DNA of 62,066 nucleotides, filler included, from 5 parts of 5 records of this genome joined end to end with filler, not necessarily neighbours in it, one strand, 5' to 3'. Shown: positions 52,057-62,066, numbered from the whole stretch's first letter. Translations and numbers: made by a program. Notes: generated by a model not told the origin, from the letters alone.

Positions 52057-52923
52057 TTATTTTACTTTAAATGTCCAAACAGGGCGCTTGGCATGGTTTA
52101 CCACGTCCTCGGCAATACTTCCGGTAAATAAATGAACAAGACCTGTACGACCATGAGTAGCCATTGCGATCAGGTCGGCATCGATATCTTCTGCAAATTC
52201 TACAATGCCAGATTCCTCGGAATCTGAATTGTAAATCTCCGCCACTGCGTGTTTTATTTCGTATTTGTTAACAAAATATTTAATCCTAGCAGCAGATTCC
52301 CGAGTAGTTTCAAAGCTTCCAGGAGTATTGATCACCACTAAATAAAGATCTGCGTCAAACCATTCCTGAAGATTTTTTATGCGTTTGGCTAATTCGTCCT
52401 GACCTTCTCTGAAATCATTTGCGAAAACTATTTTCTTGATTTTCTCTGGATTTGTATTTGCTTTTATGGTCATCACAGGGCAATGAGAAGTTCTTACCAC
52501 TTTTTCAGTATTACTTCCTATTAATACCTCTTCTATTCCATCGGAGCCTTTTGATCCCATAATTACCAAATCAGGATCTTCATCTATAATAGCCGAAGAA
52601 ATATTTTGAAAAGCATTGCCCAATACGATTTTTGTACTGAAGCCATACTTGCTTCCTGCATGCTTATTTTCCAGTTCTTTGAATTGCTCCTTGCGTCTAT
52701 CCATCAGTTCAATGAAGAACATTTGGCTTTCCATTTCAGGCATCACTTCGCCACCACCCATAGTTCCCATACCCGAAGAACTAGGTACTTCAACTACGTG
52801 TAATACCATAATTTCCACATGATCAAACTTGGATGATATGGTGGTTGCAAAATTCAGGGCGTTATTTGCTTGCTCTGAAAAATCGTAAGGCACAAGTACT
52901 TTTGTCATAATAGCTGAGTTCAT
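52057..52923 (-). CDS. universal stress protein (tandem Usp domains)
   Basis: VLVPYDFS, VIMGSKG...GSNTEKVV and MATHGR...GSIAEDVV. Confidence 0.93.
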   Translation of the reverse strand: MNSAIMTKVLVPYDFSEQANNALNFATTISSKFDHVEIMVLHVVEVPSSSGMGTMGGGEVMPEMESQMFFIELMDRRKEQFKELENKHAGSKYGFSTKIVLGNAFQNISSAIIDEDPDLVIMGSKGSDGIEEVLIGSNTEKVVRTSHCPVMTIKANTNPEKIKKIVFANDFREGQDELAKRIKNLQEWFDADLYLVVINTPGSFETTRESAARIKYFVNKYEIKHAVAEIYNSDSEESGIVEFAEDIDADLIAMATHGRTGLVHLFTGSIAEDVVNHAKRPVWTFKVK

Positions 52924-52972
52924 TGGTTTACCCCAAATTACCCTTATTTAAAAGAATAGAAAAGGACTTTTG

Positions 52973-53893
52973 TCAGCTTTTTCCTAAAAAAACTAAACCA
53001 ATTCCGAATAATATCACCCAAACCAAGGTGCTAAGTGCCATTTTTTTGAGATTGGGATCAATAGCTTCTGAATCCTTTCCTTTCTGTACACTTATACCAA
53101 TTCGGATCATTAGCGGGAAAAGCGCTAAAGCCAATAAAGTAGTCCATTCTTTGGTGACAAAGGCAAATATCAACAGGCAGTAATTCCCCCCTAAAATCAA
53201 AAACCAATTGTAAATGTTTGCAGCTTTTCTTCCGATTCTCACAGGAATAGATTTTTTTCCAGCAGTGGTGTCTGACTCAATATCACGGATGTTATTGATG
53301 TTCAACACAGCTGTGCTGAAAAGCCCTAAAGCAATTCCAATCCAAATTATGGAATCATCCCAAGTCAAACTATGGAGGAAAAAGGTGCCAAAAACACCGA
53401 GCAAACCAAAGAATATAAACACCGAAATATCTCCCAATCCTGCATATCCGTAGGGATTATTTCCTGAAGTGTAAGAAATAGCTGCCCAGATGGCGGCCAA
53501 TCCTAATCCCAAAAATATTCCGAAAAGCACCCAATCCTGAACAGCAAAATAGAGCAAAAGCAGACCTGAAATCAATGCCAAAGCCCCAAAGAGATACATC
53601 GCTTTTTTCATTTCAGGCAAAGAAATTAATCCAGATTGTACTGCTCTCATTGGACCTTGGCGATCCTGATGATCAGCCCCATGAATGGTATCTCCATAGT
53701 CATTCGAAAGATTTGACAGAATCTGCAAAAAGATAGTGGTCAATGAAGCGAGTAATAAAATCTCCCAACGAAAAACCTCTTTGTATACTGCCAAAAAAGA
53801 ACCTGCAAAGATACTTGCTAGGGCTAGTGGTAATGTACGAAGCCTGACCGCATGCAGCCAGGCTTCTTTTTTTGTTTGAATAGCTTGTTTCAC
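52973..53893 (-). CDS. menA: 1,4-dihydroxy-2-naphthoate polyprenyltransferase
   Basis: RLRTLPL, NLSNDYGD and NNIRDIESD..AGK UbiA-family motifs. Confidence 0.93.
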   Translation of the reverse strand: MKQAIQTKKEAWLHAVRLRTLPLALASIFAGSFLAVYKEVFRWEILLLASLTTIFLQILSNLSNDYGDTIHGADHQDRQGPMRAVQSGLISLPEMKKAMYLFGALALISGLLLLYFAVQDWVLFGIFLGLGLAAIWAAISYTSGNNPYGYAGLGDISVFIFFGLLGVFGTFFLHSLTWDDSIIWIGIALGLFSTAVLNINNIRDIESDTTAGKKSIPVRIGRKAANIYNWFLILGGNYCLLIFAFVTKEWTTLLALALFPLMIRIGISVQKGKDSEAIDPNLKKMALSTLVWVILFGIGLVFLGKS

Positions 53894-53912
53894 TCAGTCC
53901 GAAATCTTCTAA

Positions 53913-54329
53913 TTAGGCATTTATAAGATCTATTATTTCCTGATCCAATGGAGATACTTTGGAAGGAAAATAGTTGATGAGTTCGCCTTCCTCATTTAGG
54001 ATGTACTTGCAAAAATTCCAGCTAGGTTCTTCGTTGTTCCAGCCATTCTGCTTAGCATCCGAAAGCCATCTGTAGATAGGGTGCTTGTCGTATCCTTTTA
54101 CAGAAACTTTCTCAAACATTGGAAATGTCACACCGTAGTTTTCAGAGCAAAAAGATTTGATTTCTTCGTTTGATCCAGGTTCTTGACCTCCAAAATTGTT
54201 AGCAGGGAAGCCCAAAATCACGATTTTGTCACTATGCTCTGCATAAAGCTTCTGCAATTCTTCGTATTGCGGAGTATATCCGCATTTGGAAGCGACATTG
54301 ACTACCATCACCTTCTTTCCTTTAAAGGA
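53913..54329 (-). CDS. glutathione peroxidase (Cys type), 5' truncated
   Basis: VNVASKCGYTPQY, FPANNFGGQEPG and WNF.K; frame open into the gap. Confidence 0.93.
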   Translation of the reverse strand, partial: SFKGKKVMVVNVASKCGYTPQYEELQKLYAEHSDKIVILGFPANNFGGQEPGSNEEIKSFCSENYGVTFPMFEKVSVKGYDKHPIYRWLSDAKQNGWNNEEPSWNFCKYILNEEGELINYFPSKVSPLDQEIIDLINA

Positions 54330-54330
54330 A

Positions 54331-54430
54331 NNNNNNNNNNNNNNNNNNNNNNNNNNNNNNNNNNNNNNNNNNNNTTAATTAATTAANNNNNNNNNNNNNN
54401 NNNNNNNNNNNNNNNNNNNNNNNNNNNNNN
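54331..54430. other. artificial contig-joining spacer
   Basis: N-run with TTAATTAATTAA at 54375-54386. Confidence 0.99.
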
Positions 54431-54431
54431 G

Positions 54432-55232
54432 ATGATTGGCTATGTCACGATGGGCATGGCTGTTGTTCCAATGATAGGCCCGGCACTTGGCGGCGTTTTA
54501 GATGAATGGTTCAGCTGGCACGCCAACTTCTGGCTGCTGTTCGGGCTTGGCGTGATCACACTGGCACTCACCTATTTCGACTTTGGCGAAACAGCGCACA
54601 AAAGCGGCAAAACGCTCGCCGCCCAGTTTAAAGAATACCCCGAGTTGCTGAAATCCCCGCGGTTTTGGGGCTATTCCCTCGCCTGTGGCTTCTCGTCTGG
54701 CTCTTTCTTCGCTTACCTCGGCGGCGCGCCTTTTGTTGGAACCGTTGTCTACGGCATGTCCCCCAGCGAGCTGGGCTTTTTCTTCGGGGCCCCGGCTGTT
54801 GGATACTTTGTCGGTAACTTCATCAGCGGGCGCTTCTCTACACGCATCGGCGTGAACCACATGGTACTTTGGGGATGCTGGCTGAACGCCCTCGGCGTTG
54901 TGTTTTCTGTTATCGTGATGTGGGCGGGGTACGGTTCACCGCTCAGCTTCTTTGGGTTCATGACCTTCGTGGGCCTTGGCAATGGCATGTCCATTCCAAA
55001 CGCCACCGCAGGCGCCCTGTCTGTTCGGCCGCATCTGGCGGGCACGGCTTCGGGTCTGTCCGGGGCAATTATGTTGGCAGGTGGTGCTGGCCTCAGCGCC
55101 TTAGCAGGCGCTTTGCTGGGCCCCGAAACAGGCGCAATGCCGCTCTTGTACCTCATGGTTGTAACCGGCCTATTTGGGGTCGTTGCGATTTCTGTTGTTA
55201 TCAGCCGGGAACGTCAACTTGGCCTGCAATAG
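54432..55232 (+). CDS. Bcr/CflA-family MFS transporter, 5' truncated
   Basis: PMIGPALGG motif C, W.ANF, AGTASGL; multiple TMs. Confidence 0.88.
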   Translation: MIGYVTMGMAVVPMIGPALGGVLDEWFSWHANFWLLFGLGVITLALTYFDFGETAHKSGKTLAAQFKEYPELLKSPRFWGYSLACGFSSGSFFAYLGGAPFVGTVVYGMSPSELGFFFGAPAVGYFVGNFISGRFSTRIGVNHMVLWGCWLNALGVVFSVIVMWAGYGSPLSFFGFMTFVGLGNGMSIPNATAGALSVRPHLAGTASGLSGAIMLAGGAGLSALAGALLGPETGAMPLLYLMVVTGLFGVVAISVVISRERQLGLQ

Positions 55233-55246
55233 GTTGCACTGCCCCC

Positions 55247-55284
55247 TTTGCAAAGTTAGCTTAGCCAATAGGTAAACTTGCAAA
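55247..55284 (+). promoter_or_regulatory. two TTTGCAAA-type boxes upstream of the ScfR/PccR-family regulator
   Basis: TTTGCAAA 55247-55254 and CTTGCAAA 55277-55284. Confidence 0.5.
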
Positions 55285-55292
55285 GGCACCCC

Positions 55293-56693
55293 ATGGCCAC
55301 CCAGAAACTCTATGCAGGCGCAAAGCTGCGTGAGATGCGTACACGGCTAACGCTGACCCAGAAAGACTTTGCCGCCAAGCTTGGCGTTTCGTTGCCTTAT
55401 CTCAATCAGATGGAAAACAACAACCGCCCCGTCTCGACCACGGTTGTTCTGGCCCTGGCTCAGGAATTCGGCATGGATGTGACCGAGCTGAGCACCGGTG
55501 ACAGTGAGCGGCTTGTCTCGGACATGCGCGAAGCCCTTGCAGACCCTATATTTTCTGATGCCATCCCCCCGTTGGCCGACCTACGCCTGACCGCATCAAA
55601 TGCCCCTGCGTTGGCACGTGCGTTCATCGAGCTTCACAAAAGTTATCGACAAACTCACGAAAGACTGGCCTCGCTTGACGAGGCTTTGGGACGCGAAGAT
55701 GCGCAAATCCAAAGCTCCCCCTGGGAGGAAGTGCGCGATTTCTTTCACTACTGTGACAACTATATCGATGCGGTTGATCGGGCCGCCGAGCGTTTTTCTG
55801 AACGCGCAACCCCAAATGGGGGCATCCGGGCAGCCGCCTTTGAACGCCTGACCGGAATGGGGATCCGCATCGAGTTGAGCGATACGCCAACGCTGCGCAG
55901 TTACGATAGCGTGACGCGCACCCTGCGCCTGTCATCCCGCATTGCGCCACAAACCCAACTCTTTCAACTGCTGCTGCAAGTGGCCCTACTCAGCCAGGAT
56001 AAGCTGCTAGAAGCCACCCTTGATTTCGCACGTTTCCAAAGCGAGGAGGCCCGCTCTATCGCCAAGATTGGATTGGCCAACTACTTTGCAGGCGCGGCCC
56101 TCATGCCCTACACGCAGCTGTTAAACGCCGCCAAAGAAAGCCGCCATGATTTAGAGGTGCTGAGCACCCGGTTCGGGGCCTCGGTCGAACAGGTGGCGCA
56201 TCGCTTGTCGACCCTGCAGCGCCCCGGCGCCAAGGGCATTCCATTCTTCTTTGTCCGCGTCGATCAAGCAGGCACCATCACCAAGCGGCATTCGGCAACT
56301 CGACTGCAATTTGCCCGGTTCGGCGGTGCCTGCCCCTTGTGGAACGTGCATCGGGCCTTTGAAACGCCCGGGCATTTCCTACGACAGCTTGCAGAAACGC
56401 CTGATGGCATTCGCTATATTTCCCTTGCACGAGACGTGTCGAAACCGGGTGGCTCGTTTGGCGCGCCGGTGCGCCGCTATGCCATCGCTTTGGGGTGTGA
56501 AGTCCGCCATGCAGATGCTCTGGTCTATGCAGACAACATGGATGTGTCCAACGACAGCGCCTACGAACCAATCGGGATTTCGTGTCGTATCTGTGAGCGT
56601 AAAACCTGCCACCAGCGATCCGTGCCACCGCTAGAACGGCGACTGACGATCAATGCAGATCAACGCAGCATCCTGCCTTATGAGGTGAATTAA
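55293..56693 (+). CDS. XRE-family short-chain fatty acyl-CoA regulator (PccR/RamB/PrpR type)
   Basis: N-terminal HTH (SLPYLNQMENN.RP), EQVAHRLSTLQRPG, GGACPLW and C-terminal CRICER..C; ATG 55293. Confidence 0.92.
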   Translation: MATQKLYAGAKLREMRTRLTLTQKDFAAKLGVSLPYLNQMENNNRPVSTTVVLALAQEFGMDVTELSTGDSERLVSDMREALADPIFSDAIPPLADLRLTASNAPALARAFIELHKSYRQTHERLASLDEALGREDAQIQSSPWEEVRDFFHYCDNYIDAVDRAAERFSERATPNGGIRAAAFERLTGMGIRIELSDTPTLRSYDSVTRTLRLSSRIAPQTQLFQLLLQVALLSQDKLLEATLDFARFQSEEARSIAKIGLANYFAGAALMPYTQLLNAAKESRHDLEVLSTRFGASVEQVAHRLSTLQRPGAKGIPFFFVRVDQAGTITKRHSATRLQFARFGGACPLWNVHRAFETPGHFLRQLAETPDGIRYISLARDVSKPGGSFGAPVRRYAIALGCEVRHADALVYADNMDVSNDSAYEPIGISCRICERKTCHQRSVPPLERRLTINADQRSILPYEVN

Positions 56694-56714
56694 CCCCCCA
56701 CAAACGCAGCCGAC

Positions 56715-56740
56715 AAAAAAGGGGGCCGCAGCCCCCAATT
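56715..56740. terminator. terminator between convergent genes
   Basis: A6-GGGGGC-cgca-GCCCCC; T-tail on the minus strand. Confidence 0.75.
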
Positions 56741-56758
56741 CTTAGTCTTTGCGGCAGA

Positions 56759-56998
56759 TCAGGCTTTCGCAAGAATGCCCCAGATCTCGTCTTTCAGAGC
56801 CGAGCGTTTTTTGCGCAAATCAACTTCTGCCAGCTCTTCAATCGGCTCAACATTGGTCTCGGCGCGATGCACAGCACGGTTCACCTCATGATACTCATCC
56901 GCCAGCTTGGCAAAATGCGCATCAGACTGTTTCAGTTCACTCATCGCGGCCACTTTGTCTGGGAATTCTTCTGCCAGTTCATGGGGGGTGTGAGACAT
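56759..56998 (-). CDS. YdcH/DUF465 family small protein
   Basis: MSHTPHELAEEFP...DAHF..L..EYH..N...LRKKR..LKDEI. Confidence 0.88.
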   Translation of the reverse strand: MSHTPHELAEEFPDKVAAMSELKQSDAHFAKLADEYHEVNRAVHRAETNVEPIEELAEVDLRKKRSALKDEIWGILAKA

Positions 56999-57102
56999 CT
57001 GTTCGATCCTTATTTTCGGTTTCGAACACAGGCTAGGACAGCCAGCCGCCCCCCACTTTGACGCGGATCAAATTCGCACCCCAAACCCCACTTTTTTCGC
57101 AC

Positions 57103-57750
57103 CTACCTGTAGGCCGCCCGCCAGCCCTTGCGACGGGCCTCAGCAGCGGTGCAAAACCACCGCTCGCCCTTTTGTTCGCTAATCCGCGTGCGCGCATAAA
57201 ACTGCTGTCCGGGCACATGAAAAATCCGCTCTCCGTTAGAAGAAATATTGCCTTTGATCTGACACGTCCGCTCCCGTTTTGGGGCCCGTTGGCTGGCACG
57301 ATAGACCCACGGCGGCTCAACGTGCCCTGCATGAATGCCGCGTTGGTGCGCAATGGCGCCCTGTTCGGTTTCAACATACGCGGCCGAGTATTTTCTGAAT
57401 GCAAATGCCAGACCTTGCGCCACCAGCACTCGCCCTGCATCAACGCCGTTCACCGAACACCTTGCAACGGTCCGGCCATATCGATCCTGCGTGACCGTCT
57501 CGCATTTCGCCTGCTGGCCTTGGTATTGCGCTCGGGTCTGCTGGGTCGCCCACGCCCCGCAATTCCACCCAGCGCCATCGCCCCTTTGGCAGGGTTGGTC
57601 GGCCTCTGGGGCATCAATGCCGTGCAAACGCACACGCACCGACCCCACATCCCAGGTGTCAGTGTCAACAATTCGCACAGGACCAGAGAATTCAGCACTG
57701 GCCCGCAGAGGGGCCAATGCTAAAACCAAACAAAAATAGTATCTTAGCAT
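57103..57750 (-). CDS. secreted thermonuclease (SNase-like) with Cys-containing C-terminal domain
   Basis: Signal peptide; VDTDT, RVRLHGIDAPE, DRYGR; C-terminal CQIKGNIS..GERIFHVPG...GERWFC. Confidence 0.88.
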   Translation of the reverse strand: MLRYYFCLVLALAPLRASAEFSGPVRIVDTDTWDVGSVRVRLHGIDAPEADQPCQRGDGAGWNCGAWATQQTRAQYQGQQAKCETVTQDRYGRTVARCSVNGVDAGRVLVAQGLAFAFRKYSAAYVETEQGAIAHQRGIHAGHVEPPWVYRASQRAPKRERTCQIKGNISSNGERIFHVPGQQFYARTRISEQKGERWFCTAAEARRKGWRAAYR

Positions 57751-57804
57751 AGATCAGATATGCGCGGCCAAAGCCGCGCATTCAACCACAGTTGTTAAGA
57801 AAGG

Positions 57805-59463
57805 TTAACGCTGCGCGGTTTCCCACTCAGGGTGAATCCATGGCTGATCATTGGCGCGCGCCAACGGGTCCTTGCCCAACAAATGGTCGGACATTTTTTC
57901 GCCCACCATGATCGACGGCCCATTCAAATTCCCGTTGGTGATACGCGGAAAGATCGAGCTATCCGCGACCCGCAGACCTTCGACACCGATCACGCGACCT
58001 TCGGGATCGACAACTGCAGTCTTGTCATCCGCACGCCCCATCCGACAGGTCCCACAGGGGTGATAGGCGCTTTCAGCGTGCTCTTTGATAAACCCATTCA
58101 GATCCTCATCGCTTTGCAACGCATCCCCCGGCTGGATTTCATGCCCGGCAAAAGGCTTGAACGCATCTTGACCAAAAATCTCGCGCGTCATGCGAATGCA
58201 GGTGCGGAAATCCTCCCAGTCCTGCTCTTTACTCATATAGTTGAACTGGATCTTGGGGGCATCTTCTGCCCTGTTCGAGCGCAGCGTCACCGCCCCCCGC
58301 GATTCTGATCGCATTGGCCCAACATGGGCTTGGAACCCGTGCCCTTCGGCTGCGGCCTTGCCATCATAGCGCACCGCGATCGGCAGGAAATGATATTGAA
58401 CATCCGGATACGGAATGCCCGGTTTTGAGCGCAAGAATGCAGCGCTTTCGAATTGGTTCGACGCCCCTAACCCGGTCTTGGTAAACAACCATTGCGCCCC
58501 AATCACACCTTTGGAAATGAGGTTCCAATGCTTGTACAACGTGATGGGTTGAATGGCTTTTTGCTGGATGTAAAGTTCAAGATGATCCTGCAGGTTTGAG
58601 CCCACACCGGGGCGATCTGCGATCACGTCGATACCGTGTTCCGCCAGATGTGCCCCCGCACCGATCCCCGACAGCATCAACAGCTTGGGCGAGTTGATCG
58701 ATGAGGACGCCAGAACCACTTCACGACGGGCCCGGATCACTTCGGTCTTGCCGCCGCGGCGAATTTCGACGCCAACAGCGCGCCCCTCTTCCATCACCAC
58801 GCGCGTGGCCAATCCGTTCACCAGATCACAATTGGGGCGTTTCAAAGCAGGGCGCAAATACGCATTTGCCGCAGACCAGCGCCGCCCCTTATAGACGGTC
58901 TGCTCCATCGGACCAAAGCCTTCTTGCTTTTCGCCGTTGTAATCGTTGGTGATTTCGTATCCGGCCTGCTGGCCAGCATCAACAAACGCCTTAAACAAGG
59001 GGTTGGATCGGGGTCCACGCGTGACATGCAACGGACCATCCGTGCCGCGCCACGTTGGATCACCGCCATGACCGCCGTCATCCCAGCTTTCCATCCGTTT
59101 GTAATACGGCAGCACATCGGCATAGGACCAGCCATCGGCACCCATGTCGGCCCAATGGTCAAAATCCATGGCGTGCCCTCGGACATAAACCATGCCGTTG
59201 ATCGACGAAGACCCACCGATAACTTTACCGCGCGGACACACAAGTCGACGCCCGCCCAAATGTGGTTCAGGTTCTGACTGATATCCCCAGTCATAGCGCG
59301 ACATATTCATAGGGTAGCTCAGCGCGGCTGGCATCTGAATAAACGGGCCCGCATCGGTACCCCCGAATTCAATCACCAACACCGAGGACCCCGCCTCGCT
59401 CAGCCGATAGGCCATAGCACAACCGGCGGATCCGGCTCCTACGATGACAAAATCTGCTTCCAT
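57805..59463 (-). CDS. betA: choline dehydrogenase
   Basis: [30 protein letters not shown] and NGNLNGP; AGGAG RBS supports ATG 59463. Confidence 0.96.
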   Translation of the reverse strand: MEADFVIVGAGSAGCAMAYRLSEAGSSVLVIEFGGTDAGPFIQMPAALSYPMNMSRYDWGYQSEPEPHLGGRRLVCPRGKVIGGSSSINGMVYVRGHAMDFDHWADMGADGWSYADVLPYYKRMESWDDGGHGGDPTWRGTDGPLHVTRGPRSNPLFKAFVDAGQQAGYEITNDYNGEKQEGFGPMEQTVYKGRRWSAANAYLRPALKRPNCDLVNGLATRVVMEEGRAVGVEIRRGGKTEVIRARREVVLASSSINSPKLLMLSGIGAGAHLAEHGIDVIADRPGVGSNLQDHLELYIQQKAIQPITLYKHWNLISKGVIGAQWLFTKTGLGASNQFESAAFLRSKPGIPYPDVQYHFLPIAVRYDGKAAAEGHGFQAHVGPMRSESRGAVTLRSNRAEDAPKIQFNYMSKEQDWEDFRTCIRMTREIFGQDAFKPFAGHEIQPGDALQSDEDLNGFIKEHAESAYHPCGTCRMGRADDKTAVVDPEGRVIGVEGLRVADSSIFPRITNGNLNGPSIMVGEKMSDHLLGKDPLARANDQPWIHPEWETAQR

Positions 59464-59561
59464 TTCTTTGGCTCCTGGCAAGCCCACCGGTATCGCCCCC
59501 AACTTAGGGGCGTTCATTTCGTGTTGGTCCCGGCGGGATTATGGTTGTTTAGGTCGAGAGG

Positions 59562-61070
59562 TTACTCACCGCGTGGAAAGCGTTTATCTTCCTCAAGATT
59601 GTCGAGATTCATGTGGTTGCGCATGTACCGTTCCGAGGCTTTTTGCAGCGGCTGGTAATCCCATGGATAATACCCCCCCTGCCGCAATGCTTCGTAAACG
59701 ACCCAGCGACGGGCCTGACTTGCGCGCACGTCAGTATCGAATTGATCCAAGTCCCAACGCGCCTCTGATTTGGCTTTGATCGTGGCCAGTGTCCCGGCGT
59801 GCGCTGGATCATCTGCAAGATTCGACAGCTCGTGTGGATCGTTTTCCAAATTGAACAGCTGATCCGGGTCAAGCGCGCATCGGTTGTATTTCCAAGGACC
59901 ATACCGCAACGAAACCAAAGGCGCATAAGATGCCTCGGCCGCGTATTCGATGGTCACCGGCTCTGAGCGCTCTTCGCCTTTGGCCAACGGCACCAGATTT
60001 TGACCATCGGTCCATGGGGCGATCTCGGCCATATCCACACCGGCCAATGCCCCCAAGGTCGGGGTCACATCCAGCGTCGACACTGGCGTATCAATGCGTC
60101 CAGCTGGCAGATCAGGGGCGGAAATCATCAAGGGCACGCGCGCAGAGCCATCATAAAAGCTCATCTTGAACCACAACCCACGCTCACCCAGCATATCCCC
60201 GTGATCGGACACAAACAGAATGATCGCCTCTTGTCGGGTGGTTTCCAACACATTCAGGATCTCACCAATCTTGTCATCAAGGTATGAAATGTTGGCAAAA
60301 TAGGCCCGACGTGAACGGCGGATATCTTCTTCGGTAATATTGAAACTGCGCCAGTCATTTGCATCAAAGATCCGCTTGGCGTGGGGATCGTGATCTTCGT
60401 AGTCCATCGCTGGAACTTCTGGCTGCAAGTGTTCGCAATCTTCGTACAGATCCCAGTACTTTTTGCGTGCCACATAGGGATCGTGCGGATGGGTAAAGCT
60501 GACGGTCAACGCCCAGGGCCGATCATCCAACCCACGCGACAGTTCGTACAGTTTCGCGGTCGCATTGTACGCAACCTCGTCATCGTACTCCATCTGGTTC
60601 GAGGTTTCCGCAACCCCTGCCCCAGTGACCGAGCCCATATTGTGATACCACCAGTCGATCCGTTCACCCGGTTTGCGGTAATCTGGCGTCCACCCGAAAT
60701 CGGCTGGATAAATGTCAGTGGTCAGCCGGTCCTCAAACCCGTGCATCTGATCCGGTCCGACAAAGTGCATTTTGCCGGACAAACAAGTGTAATACCCCGC
60801 CCGGCGCAGATGGTGCGCATAGGTGGGAATATCCGAGCGGAACTCGGCCGCGTTGTCATAGACGCCTGTGCGCGATGGCAACTGCCCCGACATAAAAGAC
60901 GCCCGCCCCGGCGCACACAAAGGCGACGCGGTATAAGCATTGGCAAAGCGCGCAGATTGAGCCGCGAGCTTTTTCAAGTTGGGCGCATGCAGCCAATCTG
61001 CTGGTCCATCTGGGAACAAAGTTCCATTTAACTGATCAACCATCAAAATCAGGATATTGGGTTGGCTCAT
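59562..61070 (-). CDS. betC: choline-sulfatase
   Basis: PNILILMVDQ, CAPGR (CxPxR), GKMH and HPHDPY; bet cluster context. Confidence 0.95.
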   Translation of the reverse strand: MSQPNILILMVDQLNGTLFPDGPADWLHAPNLKKLAAQSARFANAYTASPLCAPGRASFMSGQLPSRTGVYDNAAEFRSDIPTYAHHLRRAGYYTCLSGKMHFVGPDQMHGFEDRLTTDIYPADFGWTPDYRKPGERIDWWYHNMGSVTGAGVAETSNQMEYDDEVAYNATAKLYELSRGLDDRPWALTVSFTHPHDPYVARKKYWDLYEDCEHLQPEVPAMDYEDHDPHAKRIFDANDWRSFNITEEDIRRSRRAYFANISYLDDKIGEILNVLETTRQEAIILFVSDHGDMLGERGLWFKMSFYDGSARVPLMISAPDLPAGRIDTPVSTLDVTPTLGALAGVDMAEIAPWTDGQNLVPLAKGEERSEPVTIEYAAEASYAPLVSLRYGPWKYNRCALDPDQLFNLENDPHELSNLADDPAHAGTLATIKAKSEARWDLDQFDTDVRASQARRWVVYEALRQGGYYPWDYQPLQKASERYMRNHMNLDNLEEDKRFPRGE

Positions 61071-61639
61071 TGTCCGGCCTCGATCATAGTATTTAACACA
61101 CGCAGTGCGTGATTTACGGCGAGTTGGGGCTCTTCTGGCGCGCCAAGGGCTGCGCGAATATAAAGCCCATCGATCAGAGCGATCATGTTCTCGGCATTCT
61201 CAACCGGATCCACGACCAGCGGGCGCAAAGCGTTCACCAGATTGGAGCGCATCCGCGCCTGATAAATCTGCCAAAGGCGCAAGGCGTCATCATTCGTTTG
61301 GGCCAGAACATAAAAAGTCATCCAAGCCGCAACGACATCGGGGGTAAAACAGGAGGGCGCAAAACAAGCACGGATAATGGCCTGCGCCCGCTCGTGTTTC
61401 GGCGCTGTGTTTAGTTCTTCCCGCGTTTCTGCGCCGAAATCAGACAAAATCCGTCGCATAGCAGCCAGAAAGATCTGATCTTTGCCGCCAAAGTAATGAT
61501 GCGCAAGCGCGCTAGATATCCCGGCCCGTTTGGCAATTTGGCTGACGGTTACATCCAGAGACTTGGTTACACCCAGCTCAGCAATCGTCGCGCGAACGAT
61601 CGCATCCCGCCGAATTGGCTCCATTCCAAGTTTTGGCAT
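61067..61639 (-). CDS. betI: TetR-family choline-responsive repressor
   Basis: MPKLGMEPIRR, HHYFGGK and ALIDGLYIR. Confidence 0.94.
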   Translation of the reverse strand: MPKLGMEPIRRDAIVRATIAELGVTKSLDVTVSQIAKRAGISSALAHHYFGGKDQIFLAAMRRILSDFGAETREELNTAPKHERAQAIIRACFAPSCFTPDVVAAWMTFYVLAQTNDDALRLWQIYQARMRSNLVNALRPLVVDPVENAENMIALIDGLYIRAALGAPEEPQLAVNHALRVLNTMIEAGQ

Positions 61640-61682
61640 TCCGCCCTCCGCGATTACATTCCATAAACGCTAGGGGTTTTTT

Positions 61683-61696
61683 ATTGACTCGTCAAT
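61683..61696. promoter_or_regulatory. BetI operator
   Basis: Palindrome ATTGAC-TC-GTCAAT about 44 nt upstream of betI; fits the ATTG-N6-CAAT BetI box. Confidence 0.8.
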
Positions 61697-61729
61697 CAAA
61701 GACCTGATCAGCTCTCCCAAACCCTCGCT

Positions 61730-62065
61730 TCAGAGCTTGGGCGCGATGCTGTGTGGCGTGAGCGCGCGGCGCTTTAGGACGGCTTCACGCCACGTGATAA
61801 AGCTGACAGAGGCCAAGATCAGGCTGCCCCCCGCCACGACCCAGATATCCACACCCTCGTCGAACACCAACGCACCGAGCAGCGTGGCCCAGATCAGCTG
61901 CAAAAACGTGACTGGTTGGGTGACCGCCACAGGCGCGGCTTGCAACGCTAATGTCATGAAATAGTGCCCAGCCGTCGCAAAGCAGGCAACAACAAAAAGC
62001 ACCCCGACATCTGACCAGCTGGGTGGTGTCCAAACCGCAATTGCAAAGGGAGTCAGTGCGATCGT
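61730..62065 (-). CDS. DMT/EamA-family transporter, 3' part
   Basis: Hydrophobic frame open to the window end; QPVTFLQLIWATLLG.LVFDE. Confidence 0.85.
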   Translation of the reverse strand, partial: TIALTPFAIAVWTPPSWSDVGVLFVVACFATAGHYFMTLALQAAPVAVTQPVTFLQLIWATLLGALVFDEGVDIWVVAGGSLILASVSFITWREAVLKRRALTPHSIAPKL

Positions 62066-62066
62066 G

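Noticed and set aside
53913-54329. Selenocysteine glutathione peroxidase
   Set aside because: The catalytic codon is TGC (Cys); there is no in-frame TGA.
22506-54386. TTAATTAATTAA recurring four times as a biological repeat
   Set aside because: Always centred in a 100-nt N spacer; it is an artificial six-frame-stop linker.
59464-59561. betB pseudogene remnant or BetA N-terminal extension
   Set aside because: [18 protein letters not shown] shows no aldehyde dehydrogenase similarity that I can see, and the RBS supports ATG 59463.

Overview
The window is not one locus. It is five unrelated contigs joined by 100-nt N spacers, each with a central TTAATTAATTAA linker. (1) 1-22461: an alphaproteobacterial core region (ilvD, xth, erpA, dgt-argS-SPOR-nagZ-S2P-scpAB-tatABC-serS-surE). 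A four-gene module (ECF sigma, anti-sigma, subtilase, RTX Ca-binding protein) sits between erpA and dgt, and all three of its transcription units share a GGAATA-N15/16-CGTA promoter motif. (2) 22562-30995: a gammaproteobacterial (Marinobacter-like) dcw cluster, mraZ to partial murD, plus the 3' part of rnpB. (3) 31096-38489: an unassigned bacterium with a small secreted, nearly uncharged 6-Cys protein. It is divergent from a soluble TPR histidine kinase and an overlapping TPR pseudokinase (His to Tyr); glnS follows. (4) 38590-54330: a Bacteroidota (Cyclobacteriaceae-like) contig with housekeeping genes and a transglutaminase / circularly permuted ATP-grasp / alpha-E operon. (5) 54431-62066: a Roseobacter-group contig with an MFS transporter, a PccR-like regulator, a thermonuclease and betI-betC-betA (no betB). 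Taxonomic labels and family calls come from motif and synteny recognition only; no database searches were run.
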